Positions 27,119 to 40,184 are shown, counted from the whole stretch's first letter. The stretch: DNA of 63,594 nucleotides, filler included, from Phoronis australis (GCA_002633005.1; 5 parts of 5 records of this genome joined end to end with filler, not necessarily neighbours in it), one strand, 5' to 3'. Made by a program: numbers and translations. The notes: a model not told the origin generated them from the letters alone.

Positions 27119-27537
27119 GGCCCGAGTCTCTAATCTTTGTGACTCGAAACGAACTCGAAACTATTTTTGGCAATTTCTCTGCTCCTTTTGTGCGAACTTA
27201 AGATAATTGGTTATCAGACTGTGCTCGGATACATTGTAGTTTATGCATAGGAGTTTCTTGTTCAAGTTTGCCCTTGAAGACCTTCTATTCGTGCTATGAA
27301 ACTCGAGTGAAAACTCGAAATTTCGAGTTCAAACTAGAACTTATTGCTTTAATATTGGGCTTACAAACTGTGAAATAAGGGCAATAAATTATCTACGTAA
27401 GTTATTGTGTACCCGAGCATAGAATAATAGACACTTATCTTGAGTTCGCCCAAAAATAGGCTAGAGTAGAAAATGCCAAACCTAAGAATTTCGAGTTCCA
27501 TCATCGAGTAACTTGAAAGCAGATTGGAGACCGGGCC
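27119..27537 (-). mobile_element. PIF/Harbinger-like MITE, inverted copy of 23444-23844
   Basis: Reverse-complement match along its whole length; flanks CAG and CTG (CWG target). Confidence 0.8.
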
Positions 27538-28559
27538 CTGGGCTGTTTACTTTCAATGTTACAACCTAAAATCGCTTGGATAAATTATCAGTGATCATCG
27601 GATATTATATTTTAAAACCATGGAACGGCAAAAATGAAGACACTTTTTGAAAATTGTGTCCAGGTACTTGAAATTGAAGGGCCGGACTGGCAAGTTGGCA
27701 TCGCGGCCGCTGCTGGCCTTACAATGCTCCACACCTGCCATCTATTAGTCGTTCGAAGAACAAGCAGAATCCTACAATGCGCATGTGCGAAAGCAGGTTG
27801 CTGTGCACTTGGAAGATAAAGTTGGTCAATTTCAGCGTTTTGTAATACGAATTCCTGATGATTTAGGTGTATTCTAGTATAGTTNNNNNNNNNNNNNNNN
27901 NNNNNNNNNNNNNNNNNNNNNNNNNNNNTTAATTAATTAANNNNNNNNNNNNNNNNNNNNNNNNNNNNNNNNNNNNNNNNNNNNATCACTTTCAGCAACT
28001 TCAGCTTTAGTACTTCTGCTGGTGCCTTGAAACGTTGCTATGCCGTTCTATGTCCTTTCAATTTGTTGGTCTGACACTTGGTCTTCTTGTCTACAGCACT
28101 CAGGAGTATACTGTGTAGGCTATACCAGGACATCCAGCTGTTTTCTGCACAAACGTTTGTGACACCTCTTCTTCTTTTTGATCTACTGATCTACAGAGTT
28201 CCACAGTCCATCAGCTTTCGTCAGGGAGCTTTCCTAAGCTTCTTTAGGCTCTGACATCACAATTTTGTGCTGTTTGATAAACCTTGAATTATACTGGCAT
28301 CACACTCCATGGGAGCAGCCATATTGAAGTAACTAAGCACAACAATACAATCTGGCTCTCTGATTGGTCAATTCAATAGAAAAGCGCCACCAAGTGGCAG
28401 GAATGTGCATCATATTTTGTGCAACAAAAACACCTTTTTTTGAAAAAATGTGCAAGTGTAGACGTGGGAACTTTTTGGAATTTGATTTATAGGTATATTA
28501 TCTAGCCACATAGAAAAAACTAGGTTGCCCCCCAAAGTACTCACAAGGATGAACGCTAT

Positions 28560-28840
28560 GAGATCTGGCCCACCGACTACCAGGTCCTCTGTGGCATGCC
28601 CGTCNTCCCCCATGAGGTCCCTAGGTCCTTGTCGGACCCAGATCCTCTGTGGCATACCGCGTGCCCCATGCTGTCCCCAATCCTCTGTGGCATACGTCGT
28701 CCCCCATGCTGTCCTTGGGTCCTTGACGGCCCCAGATCCTCTGTAGCATACCCCATCCCCATGCTGTCCCTAGATCCTTGTCATTCCCCAATCCTCTGTG
28801 GCATATGACGTCCCCCATGTTGTCCGTGGGTCCTTGTCAG
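28560..28840. repeat. GC-rich tandem repeat, unit up to ~57 bp, about 5 copies
   Basis: Recurring TCCTCTGTGGCAT...CCCCATGCTGTCC..GGTCCTTG units. They explain the overlapping repetitive ORFs at 28410-28999. Confidence 0.85.
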
Positions 28841-29369
28841 CCACACGAGCACATGGCTTCCGGAATTGACGCTTGTGTAGCCATACCAAATCTTTGGTCA
28901 TACACACTCAAAATGTCAATATGCAAGGGTTGGTTGGTTCCGGACATACACGTTGATGTAGGTAACTATGAAAAATGGACCGAAGCTTCTAATTCGTAGG
29001 TGAATTTACTATTAATTTTAAGGTAACCTTGCTACAAGTCCATGTTTCAGTGAATTTGTACGGAACTTGACGTTCTGGACACATATTATCATTCGACCAT
29101 CAAATACCAAAATCCACTAGATGGTTTGAGAATTTGAAAACAGATTTATTAAAGAATTATAGAACGCGAAAGTTTGTCAAAATATCTTTTAAAAATTCCT
29201 GGCGCTGGCGAAAGTATCATCTCGAAATGTCTTGTACAGTGTAATTCACTTTCAACTGTGACGAAATTTCCAGAAAAAATCATAGAGGCGCAACGTCTAT
29301 GTCTTGTCATACCAAACGTCTATGTCACGCTATCCCAAAAGTCTATGTCTTGCCATACCAAATGAGGAG

Positions 29370-29525
29370 ACGTAAAATGTAACAATTGTTGCATTTTATG
29401 TCATTGTTACATTTTACAATGCAAGGCCTCTCCTAAAATGTAACAAGTTGTTACATTTTATGAAATTGTTACAATTTACGTCGAGTGCTCATGTGAGAAA
29501 TGTACCATGATTGTTACATTTTACG
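29370..29525. repeat. Array of inverted TAAAATGTAACAA / TTGTTACATTTTA motifs (palindromic MITE-like); second copy at about 35542-35692
   Basis: GACGTAAAATGTAACAA at the left, with repeated TTGTTACATTTTA(C/T) and TTGTTACAATTTACGTC to the right. Confidence 0.55.
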
Positions 29526-29828
29526 AAAGCGACGTCATATTTCATGAGTTTGCATGGTATTTGTCACACGGAGGAAAACATTTGACACACTTAACGACTT
29601 CTTTCTCGGATTGTGTGAATGAAATTCTATCAAATGTGCCAGGTCGACTTTATAGATGTGTCCCTATGTACTTTCCATGGTTTTTTAACATGAGTAGTTT
29701 TATGATATAGTCAAAAATGTACAGCGTACAGTTTCAACTCCACACGAAAGGAGTTTCCAGGGTCACGTAACAAGTTTTTTTTATTGTTAAAGCTTCTTGC
29801 AATCTTTTGTTGGCGCTCATAAACCAAT

Positions 29829-32439
29829 GGGGCTATTCGGAGAATTCTCCTCGCGGTGTCGCTGCTGTACTAGTGGTGATTGAATTGCGCATGCGTCGCT
29901 GTCTGCATGTAAACAACTGGTAAAAGATGGAATTTTTATCAAAATACGTCGTCGCACTAAGCTTTATTACTGCTAATTTCCCTGGTGCAAGTCTTCGACA
30001 GGTGGCCACAAATTCCCAAAAAGACCTAAGGTAGCATTTCAGTAAACACACTTCCCTTGGTAAGCTCAACAGAAATAATAACGTACTTATATATGTTATA
30101 TAACGTACACGGTGAAAATTGAGGTTTATTATACAGAGGTACGTGACATTCAAGCCGATTTAAAGGAGGGCGAATTATCGTACATACCGCGTGAACTATT
30201 TTTGAGACGCACATTTATGCGAATTTTTCAGTGCTAAGCGGTAGCTTCTGTTAATATGTCTTTGCGGAATTGCGACGAAATTTGAGCTCATCTAATGTGT
30301 TTTTTTCCATGTAAAATAGCACAAATTATAGGCTAATCAACGTACGGAATAAATTTAACATGAAATAATGAATTAACAGAAAAGTAGCCTTCTGCTACTG
30401 GTACCACTGGACCGGCATTATGTTAAGCAGACGACCAGAAAAAGACGGTATTACAAAAGCTAATTGATTGTTAAACTTTATTGAATTAACAAAAGAATAC
30501 CATAATACAAAACCTGTTACAACTATTATCGATTGTATTTGCTTGTATTAACTAAATACCACACGGTTAGGCCCGGCCGGAGGTTATGATTTCAGTGTTT
30601 GGCGTAATAATATGCTTAGAGTACTTGGCCAAATGATGTCGCTATATGGTTTAAGTTGCATTTTTGCGTTCTTTAATAACACCGTTTTCACCTGAATTTT
30701 CATCTGGTTTGCTGAAACTAAAATTTCAGTTGGCATTTGACAGATATGCTTATGATTTGTGGCATATATTNNNNNNNNNNNNNNNNNNNNNNNNNNNNNN
30801 NNNNNNNNNNNNNNNNNNNNNNNNNNNNNNNNNNNNNNNNNNNNNNNNNNNNNNNNNNNNNNNNNNNNNNNNNNNNNNNNNNNNNNNNNNNNNNNNNNNN
30901 NNNNNNNNNNNNNNNNNNNNNNNNNNNNNNNNNNNNNNNNNNNNNNNNNNNNNNNNNNNNNNNNNNNNNNNNNNNNNNNNNNNNNNNNNNNNNNNNNNNN
31001 NNNNNNNNNNNNNNNNNNNNNNNNNNNNNNNNNNNNNNNNNNNNNNNNNNNNNNNNNNNNNNNNNNNNNNNNNNNNNNNNNNNNNNNNNNNNNNNNNNNN
31101 NNNNNNNNNNNNNNNNNNNNNNNNNNNNNNNNNNNNNNNNNNNNNNNNNNNNNNNNNNNNNNNNNNNNNNNNNNNNNNNNNNNNNNNNNNNNNNNNNNNN
31201 NNNNNNNNNNNNNNNNNNNNNNNNNNNNNNNNNNNNNNNNNNNNNNNNNNNNNNNNNNNNNNNNNNNNNNNNNNNNNNNNNNNNNNNNACCATCAAAAAT
31301 GCAATTTTCACAAAAATGGCAGTCATTTGAATTTATAAGGACTTGCAACATTTCAAGGCATGAGGAGTATTCAGTCACTGTGAATTCGGAAAATGTAATA
31401 TATTTTCGTGGTTTTACAATTGATACAAGTAGCAAAACAGTTTCATGAAATCAACTTGAAGGGACTTCGTGAAGGTTAAGAATTGCCTCAGCATGCTCTT
31501 TTCCCCAAACATGTATTACCTGTTATTTCCACTCATTCAGTTGTACCAAATATTACAACCCCCCATGCCAATCCGCCCTCGGGACCTGAATAAGTAATTT
31601 AACAAAATGACTTTAAAAATAGCTGTTCCGTTTCAAAGGCTTTGTTCGTAGTCTCCAATATTGAAAGTAGGCTTTGACAACAGATCTGCACTGGATGGGA
31701 AGATCTTGTTGGTTAGCTGCAGTCAAATGCTAAAAACCAATTTTTGCCCATTCAGGGACGGTGCAGAAGCGCTGCATATCTCCTCTGCACGGTACAAGCC
31801 TTCACACCTAAAAACCAAAAGTTACGTGAAAACTGACGTGATAGATTTCCATTTCAACGTGTAATAGATTTCCAGAAGACATATGATAGGGAGTAAACAA
31901 ATAGTCTAATGCAATGGATATTTATCTCTCACGTACCCTTTGCCATTGGGATTGGATTGTAATCTTAACTAAAAATTAACCTGTATCGAGTTAACAGCAT
32001 AAATATTCAGCATCGATTGATGTAACTGTCACTGATAAACTTTTAGAAATCATTCCAAACAATAATAATGCTTTGATGTACGAAAAGATCCCGATTGCTA
32101 CGTCCAGTATCGTATCACATATCACAACATACAAAGATTAACCAAACTCTGGCTGGCGACTGACTGCCGCGAAGTCGACATCGGCGAGTGCCTCAGTTAA
32201 CAGGCATCGGTAGAATAATCATGGAATAATCGTTAAAATGATCACAAACCTTACCTTTGTATGAGGTCGTGCTTAATTCCCCTCATAGAAGCACCCTTTT
32301 TACGCAATCTCAGATTCAGTTGGCACGGCTGCAAGCCATTTCACCATGTATTTAAAGGGCTCGCGAAATCGAGGCTGTTAATCTATCACCACTAGTACAC
32401 GCACGCCCTCTAGTTGTTGTAGATTTTCCGAATAGCCCC
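29829..32439 (-). mobile_element. GGGGCTATTCGGA-family element spanning an assembly gap
   Basis: Both TIRs are present, flanked by AT (29827-29828 and 32440-32441). The empty site CAATTG lies at 35990-35995. The interior left of the gap diverges from the family after about 30033. Confidence 0.75.
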
Positions 32440-33897
32440 ATTGTGTATCCGACCTTACAGTAAACACACTTCCCTTGGTAAGAACAACAATGACATCGTA
32501 TTTGGTAATAATTATCGTATTTCTTCGGAAACAGACGACAATAACAAAATTTTTCATGGAGAATTCAATTTCGGGAGCCAATTTGATAGAAAAAACACCA
32601 GTTTTAATCCACGATAGTTTGGCTTATTTCGGCCTTGGAGTCATCGCTAATGCAGTAATTGCCCTGCTTCACACAAAAGGAGCAAAACCAAAGTTTCTGA
32701 TGCCGGCGGGTGCTGTCTACCACCTTAGTTACGAATCACAATTTCTTAAAGACATTGTGGTGGACGGAAATAAAAGCACGCATTTATTTGCCGGCAGGTT
32801 GACAAGATTTTTCCAAAGCAACAGCAAAATATGGGATGCCTAGCTGGGGATATAGAAAATATTTTGCACTCTGAAGGGACATGATCATTTTGTTCAAACC
32901 TGGTCTACGTCGATAGTTTAAATGGGCAATAGTCCAAAAAACCTGACTGTCGGCCTTTCGGACTATAAAAACATGCACTTTCTCTTTCAATTATCTTTTA
33001 AGATAAAATGTGAACTAAAATTGCTATTTGGTGAATGGTCATTAGTTCGAAGTACATATAAATAAAGACAAAGATTGGACATTCTACTATTAATGAACGT
33101 GAAGTCACGTGTCTCATGAGGCGCCACTTTTTGTGTTGCAGTTTGCAGATAAGGGAGTTTGGTATGTTAATCCTTTTGATGCATTGCATTAAATGCTCAT
33201 ATTAAATATCGCTGACTTCGACGTTGGCGGTTTTTGTTCCATGCAATCCACTTTCATTGAAACCGTGTTCAAATCACTCTGTCAAATCATTGCGCTTTTC
33301 TAAGAATATTGGAGCCCATTCCACATAAAATCATTGCGTGTTTTGTATGTCCGTTACCAGCTATTCTAATGACCCGGTGACCGCAGCCGACTAGACGCTA
33401 GTTCTCGAAAAACGTCTGCCTCCAGAGTTCAACTTAACGCATTTTTTTAACTTACACGTCATCGTGGAACGATCCCCAGTTCTTTGACAAGGAATGTTTT
33501 CAACAAGTCAGAGACAATATTGCGATCTGAATTAAGTTCTTCGTAGCAAACTACAGATGGGTATAGTTATATTTACAAATAATACAGCGCTTGCCAATAG
33601 TTCAGGAATAATCAAATTTGGTGCACGCCTAAACAAGATTTTAAATCTCAGCCTCCTCGTTTCCAAAGAGTAGGCCTACCCTGCATCCACAGCTTTCAAG
33701 ATGTTCCTCACAATATCGTTAAAGCTGAACATAGGAGTCCCTTTAAAATCCTTTTGGAACAGCACTCGCCGTTCGCTATGGAAAGCTCGATGACAACATT
33801 GAATCATAACTGAGATGATTTTAAAATCTTTGATTACCATGATCCATTAGCACTTTGCTAAGCATGTATTGTGTCCTCAATAAATAAATTTTAAAAT

Positions 33898-34015
33898 ATT
33901 AGTAATAATAATAACGATAACGAAAACGAAAACGAGTAATACTAGTGATAGTAGTAATAGTATTAATAGTAGTAACAGTAGTGATAGTAATATTATGCTA
34001 ATAAAAATGATAATA
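33898..34015. repeat. Low-complexity (TAA/TAG)n tract, duplicated at about 37605-37725
   Basis: Degenerate trinucleotide run AGTAATAATA...AGTAGTAATAG. Confidence 0.7.
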
Positions 34016-34037
34016 GGTAGCCAAATCATGCCGTGTC

Positions 34038-34196
34038 CAGGGGCAGATCCAGGATTCTGAGTTAGGGGGGGCGGGCAGAATATTAGCCAGGATTACGCTC
34101 GTCTGACGTTCGCACCCCTAACTGCCAAATGGAATCTGGGATAATTTTAGGGGGGACCATGGCCCCCTGCCCCCCCCCCCCCTAAATCCTACACTG
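34038..34196. mobile_element. CA...TG MITE with 5-bp TSD GTGTC; matching copy at 37744-37891
   Basis: Termini CAGGGGCAGAT / ATCCTACACTG. GTGTC at 34033-34037 and 34197-34201. Interior is the reverse complement of 25853-26018. Confidence 0.85.
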
Positions 34197-37100
34197 GTGT
34201 CAGCCCGTGTCATTCCTATAGAAGAAGTATACGAAAAGTGCAGCCCAAAAGGGTGTTTATTCACAGAAAAAGTACTCTCCAAAATGGTGCCATTTTCGAC
34301 AAAACTGAGTTGAGAAGCTAGCGATCTGACTTGAAGGAGAATACCACCCAAAAACCTAGTTTGTATCAATTTAGATCGAGTAGTTCCACTCGATAACAGC
34401 AAGCACAGCTCTTTTACCTGACACCTGACGGCAGACGAGGGTGTTGAAATTAACCGATGACGTCAGAGGTTCGAATGCAGTCTGTTCAGCAGTTCACAAC
34501 GCGCTTACTGGTGTCAGCTTATCACTTATATTCATCGTTTTACACCAATAAATCATAAAATTCGATGTAAAGCCCTTAAAAATACATCGAGTTATTGAAT
34601 AAACTTGTTATCTTATTTCGCTGTTACGGAGTTTTAGTAGGTATTTGAACGTACCGCAGCCTACAAAATTCGGTAGGACAAGGTCGGTCGCGGGAGTTTG
34701 GGGTCTGCTCGCTGATAAATTCATATTATTCGTCCGTGAAATATAGACAGGAGAACATAGCTGTGTTGTAATTTTAGACTTGGGATTTTTTTCAGTTCTA
34801 AACACACAAAACGCTTGCTATCCCGACTAGTCGTTCGGAACAAGATCAGGCCCATCGCGGCCGGATTGAAGACATCACGGACATAAACCAGCCGAAGTTG
34901 GAAACTAAACTTCCAGTCACGAAAAGACTATACTAGTGAGCCAAAGAAAAATGTGCACGTGATTATTTTGGTGAATTAGCCGCGAAACTGCAAATCTACT
35001 TGTAGCGTACAGTCACACGCACATTAGATGTCTCTCTTGTTGTTGTTGTTAACCCAGCGGTTTACACGCGTGTAATAATAATACCGTAACATTGGCTCAT
35101 AAAACTTTATTTATGATAGGATACGAGTAATAATACGATTTTCAATACGGTGAACGATTTACGATTCACGATACGATACGATTTTCAATACGATACGATA
35201 AGATACGGTTAAACCTGAAACAATTAATAAAGATAATACAATATCTAATACAAATTGAAGTAGCAAATACACCATACTAAAATACAGAAAATTGCATATC
35301 TAATAATATTATATCAACTCACAATTTGGCAAACNCAGATTTATTAAAGAATTATAGAACGCGAAAGTTTGTCAAAATATCTTTTAAAAATTCCTGGCGC
35401 TGGCGAAAGTACCATCTCGAAATGTCTTGTACAGTGTAATTCACTTTCAACTGTGACGAAATTTCCAGGAAAAAATCATAGAGGCGCAACGTCTATGTCT
35501 TGTCATACCAAACGTCTATGTCTTGCCATACCAATTGAGGAGACGTAAAATGTAACAATTTTTTGTTGCATTTTATGTCAATGTTACATTTTACAATGCT
35601 AGGCCTCTCCTAACTTGCTACATTTTATGAAATTGTTACAATTTACGTCGAATGCACAAGCGAGAAATGTACCATGATTGTTACATTTTACGAAAGCGTC
35701 GTCATATTTCATGAGTTTGCATGGTATTTGTCACACGCAGGAAAACATTTGACACACTTAACGCCTTCTTTCTCGGATTGTGTGAATTAAATTCTATCAA
35801 ATGTGCCAGGTTGACTTTATAGATGTGTCCCTATGTACTTTCCATGGTTTTTTAACATCAGTAGTTTTATGATTTTGTCAAAAATGTACAGCGTACAGTT
35901 TCAAATCCACACGAAAGGAGTTTCCAGGGTCAGGTAACAAGTTTTTTATCGATAAAGCTTGTTGCAATCTTTTGTTGGCGCTCATAAACCAATTGTGCAT
36001 CCGACATTACAGTAAACACACTTCCCTTGGTAAGAACAACAATGACGTCGTATTTGGCTAATATTTACATGTATCGTACTTCTTTGGAAACAAACGACAA
36101 TAACAAAATTGTTCATAGAGAATTCAATTTTGGAAGCCAATTTGGTAGAAAAAACACCAGTTTTAATCCACGATAGTTTGGCTTATTTCGGCCTTGGAGT
36201 CATCGCTAATGCAGTAATTGCCCTGCTTCGCACAAAAGGAGCAAAACCAAAGTTTCTGATGCCGGCGGGTGCTGTCTACCACCTTAGTTACGAATGACAA
36301 TTTCTTAAAGACATTGTGGTGGAAGGAAATAAAAGCACGTATTTATTTGCCGGCAGGTTGGCAAGATTTTGTCAAAGCAACAGCAAAATATCGCTTTTAA
36401 GAATGGCGTGCCATTAGCTTAAAAAAGTGGCGGAATAGTAACGAAATAAATATCATTTTTCCTATGGTGTCAAGCTTGTTTGAAATAGTGGTAGTAACAA
36501 CATGTCAAACCGTGACGTGTACACATAAAAATGGGATGCCTAGCTGGGGAAATAGAAAAAATTTTGCACTCTGAAGGGACATGATTATTTTGAACAAACC
36601 TGGTCAAGGTCGATAGTTTAAAGGGGCAATAGTTCAAAAAAGCTGACTGTCGGCCTTTCGGACTATAAAAACATGCACTTTCTCTTTCCACTATCGTTTA
36701 AGATAAAATGTGAATTAAAATTGCTATTTGGTCAATGGTCATTAGTTCGAAGTACATATAAATAAAGACAAAGATTGGACATTCTATTATTAATGGATGT
36801 GAAGTCACGTGTCACATGAGGCGCCACTTTTTGTGTTGCAGTTCGCAGATTAGGGAGTTTGGTATGTTAATCCTTTTGATGCATTGCATTAAATGCTCAT
36901 ATTAAACATCGCTGACTTCGACGTTGGCGGTTTTTGTTCCATGCAATCCACTTTCATTGAAACCTTGTTCAAATCACTCGGTCAAATCATTGTGCTTTTC
37001 TAAGAATATTGGGGCCCATTCCACATAAAATCATTGCGTGTATTTTATGTCCGTTACCAGCTATTCTAATGACCCGGTGACCGCAGCCAACTAGTCGTTA

Positions 37101-39094
37101 GTTCTCGAAAAACGTCTGCCTCCAGAGTTCAACTTAACGCTGTTTTTAACTTACACGTCATTGTGGAACGATCCCCAGTTCTTTGACAAGGAATGTTTTC
37201 AACAAGTCAGAGACAATATTGCGATCTGAATTAAGTACTTCGTGGCAAACTACAGATGGGTATAGTTATATTTACAAATAATACAGCGCTTGCCAGTAGT
37301 TCAGAAATAATCAAACTTTGAATTTGGTGCACGCCTAAACAAGATTTTAAATCTCAGCCTCCTCGTTTCCAAAAAGTAGGCCTACCCTGCATCCACAGCT
37401 TTCAAGATGTTCCTCACAATATCGTTAAAGCTGAACATAGGAGTCCCTTTTAAATCCTTTTGGAAGAGCACTCGCCGTTCACTATGGAAAGCTCGATGAC
37501 AACATTGAATCATAAATGAGATGATTTTAAAATCTTTGATGACCATGATGCATTAGCACTTTGCTGAGCATGTATTGTGTCCTCAATAAGTAAATTTAAA
37601 AATATTGGTATTAATAATAACGATAACGAAAACGAAAACGAGTAACACTAGTGATAGTAGTAATAGTATTAATAGTATTAACAGTAGTGATAGTAATATA
37701 ATACTAATAAAAATGATAATAGGTAGCCAAATCATGCCGTGTCCAGTGGCAGATCCAGGATTCTGAGTTAGGGGGGCCAGGGCAGAATATTAGCCAGGAT
37801 TACGCTCGTCTGACGTTCGCACCCCTAACTGCCAAATGGAATCTGGGATAATTTTAGGGGGGACCCTGGCCCCCCTCTAAATCCTCCACTGGTGTCAGCC
37901 CGTGTCATACCTATAGAAGAAGTATACGAAAAGTGCAGCCCAAAAGGGCGTTTATTCACAGAAAAAATACTCTCCAAAATGGTGCCATTTTCGACAAAAA
38001 TGAGTTGAGAAGCTAGCGATCTAACTTGAAGGAGAATACCACCCAAAAACCTAGTTTGTATCAATTTAGATCGAGTAGTTCCACTCGATAACAGCAAGCA
38101 CAGCTCTTTTACCTGACACCTGACGGCAGACGAGGGTGTTGAAATTAACCAATGACGTCAGAGGTTCGAATGCAGTCTGTTCAGCAGTTAACAACACGCT
38201 TACTGGTGTCAGCTTATCACTTAAATTCATCGTTTTACACCAATAAATCATAAATACATCGAGTTATTGAATAAACTTGTTATTTTATTTCGCTGTTACG
38301 GAGTTTTAGTAGGTATTTGAACGTGCCACAGCCTACAAAATTCGGTAGGACAAGGTCGGTCGCGGGAGTTTGGGGTCTGCTCGCTGATAAATTCATGTTA
38401 TTCGTCCGTGAAATATAGACAGGAGAACATGGCTGTCTCGTAATTTTAGACTTGGGATTTTTTTCAGTTCTAAACACACAAAACGCTTGCTATCCCGACT
38501 AGTCGCTCGGAACCCGATCAGGCCCATCGCGGCCGGATTGAAGACATCACGGACATAAACCAGCCGATGTTGGAAACTAAACTTCCAGTCACGAAAAGAC
38601 TATACTAGTGAGCCAAAGAAAAATGTGCACGTGATTATTTTGGTGAATTAGCCGCGAAACTGCAAATCTACTTACTACCTCGTCAGGGGCCGCGAAGTCA
38701 TGTTACCCTTTCACAGAACCGTCAGGGCAAAAGTTGAACAGTAACAATGATTCGAATAATGTATATGAACATCTAAATAAAGATTCCCCTAACATCTGAC
38801 TATAGGATATAAAATCGAGTTATCGTTTCACAGCAGCTTTCTGTCATCAAACACTGAATTAGCATGCGCTCTTACGGCCTCGGTACCCAGTCATTTAGTT
38901 TATTGCATCTAAAGCCGGTAACGCAGTCAGTTGCTGGCTTCTCAAAACATTTACACTCATGAACACTCCAAGGCATTACAAATCGTATCTAATGAGAAAG
39001 AATTTGTTTCAGTTTTATTTAAGTATTGGTTAGAGTGAAAATAATTCATTTTTAAACAGAACGCACAATAATAAACGTCAACGTGGCAACTCGC

Positions 39095-39913
39095 AATTCC
39101 GACTTAGACGAGCGCTCATCCGATGAAGACTTCACTGGGCAATCATAGGTTTCACAGGCTACATGTATCAGTTCGAACGGGAATACACTGATCAAGAATA
39201 ATAGAGAGGATCTGTGAACGTGTACAGACAATGGAATTTGTGGATAGTTCCAAAAACCGTTTGAATGACGACACATTAGTTGCAATGCTGTCATTTACCT
39301 AAGTGCACGATAATGGAAATGACTAACGCTTGCGTTTGCTGTCACGAAATTCCACAACTGAAACGCCTTCTTGGAGAAGCGCAGATGTGTCTCATGAACC
39401 ATCCTGATTTTTCACTGGTTCTAAACAGAGGTGTGCTTACGATGTTTCTTTAGGGCTGAGAAAAAGAACTGGTGGAAACATCTTAGAATCAGAGGACCAA
39501 ACAGAAGTCTCACGAACGAGTCCGAGATCAAACAGGTTATATAAAACGTTATTTTCTCACGCCTTGAATAATTGTAATTGTCTATGTGCAGGCCACTGAT
39601 AGACACGGAGAAGTTTCATTGCGTATATTTCATTCTTCACTACTGCAAGCCACTTCCAAAGCATTATGGGCTTTCGAGGAAATCGAAAAAATTATATACC
39701 CGCTTTCCTCGCAGCATCACAGTTCGCACAAGCGGGAACGATACATCAGACTCTGCAGAAGAACCACTGACGTCGCTGTGTCGTTTCTCACCTTCCTCAC
39801 AGTTCAACGCGACAGCTCTCGGGAAATTAAGATCGACCGTATACGAGGTGATGTGGATATAGAGCGATTAAGATGGTAAAAAGATAATGAATTAAATCGG
39901 GTTTAATTCTCTT
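39095..39913 (+). mobile_element. Kolobok transposon remnant with a degenerate KolX (P2X7 C-terminal/nanor-like Cys-rich) ORF; second copy at about 41305-42145
   Basis: Plus-strand GYMYQFEREYTDQE...(W)CHLP.CTI.E.T.ACVCCHEIPQLKRLLGEAQMCLMNHPDF.LVLNRGVL. The right terminus ...GGGTTTAATTCTCCT is followed by TTAA (42146-42149; 39914-39917 in this copy), matching Kolobok RR termini and TTAA target. Left end not located. Confidence 0.7.
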
Positions 39914-39917
39914 TTAA

Positions 39918-40004
39918 GGCTTCGGCAGTGTGCCCCACTGGGACTCAAACCCATTACTTTGAGTAAAGGAAGCGAACACTTATCCTACTAGGACACACTG
40001 CTCC
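39918..40004 (-). mobile_element. tRNA-derived SINE 5' head, cut by the Kolobok TTAA insertion; second copy at 42150-42236
   Basis: Minus strand reads GGAGCAGTGTGTCCTAGTAGGATAAG (A-box-like) ... GGGTTTGAGTCCC (B-box-like) ... CACACTGCCG. No convincing cloverleaf, so not called a tRNA. Confidence 0.6.
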
Positions 40005-40033
40005 CTCCCACCCAAAACTCCCACAAAACTTAC

Positions 40034-40184
40034 GGTAGAGTTCAGTAGCTGCATCATGACTAGAAAAATCTAGCCAAAATCACATGTTCTCATTTAAAAT
40101 TTGCGACCATATCTAAAGTAATCTCGCGAAGTCTTGCTTTTAGCGGGGTCCCTAGCATAGATCCTAGCGTTACTGAACTCTACC
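40034..40184. mobile_element. ~150-bp MITE with perfect 14-bp TIR; second copy at 42266-42416
   Basis: GGTAGAGTTCAGTA / TACTGAACTCTACC. Interior homologous to 1571-1723 and 60313-60465. Confidence 0.8.

Larger units (their letters stand above)
29141..38673. repeat. Tandemly placed duplicate blocks 29141-35001 and 35336-38673 (probable uncollapsed haplotypes)
   Basis: Colinear and highly similar, with scattered substitutions and indels. The second block begins right after the single N at 35335. The first block carries the 29829-32439 insertion that the second lacks. Confidence 0.9.

Noticed and set aside
30584-31448. Five long ORFs of 197-283 aa in the ORF track
   Set aside because: They only read through the N gap at 30771-31288.
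32475-32843. 122-aa ORF repeated at 36109-36297 (likewise 34118/37825, 34608/38280 and 40722/42954)
   Set aside because: Recurrence is explained by the block duplications. There are no recognisable domains, and the 36109 copy has an early stop.
33456-34418. Exon-like minus-strand segments (33456-33526, 33680-33809, donor at 34417)
   Set aside because: The joined frames hit stops, the product is unrecognisable, and the 33810 acceptor AG is absent in the duplicate block.
39918-40004. Possible tRNA gene
   Set aside because: A- and B-box-like motifs are present, but I could not fold acceptor and anticodon stems. Treated as a SINE head.
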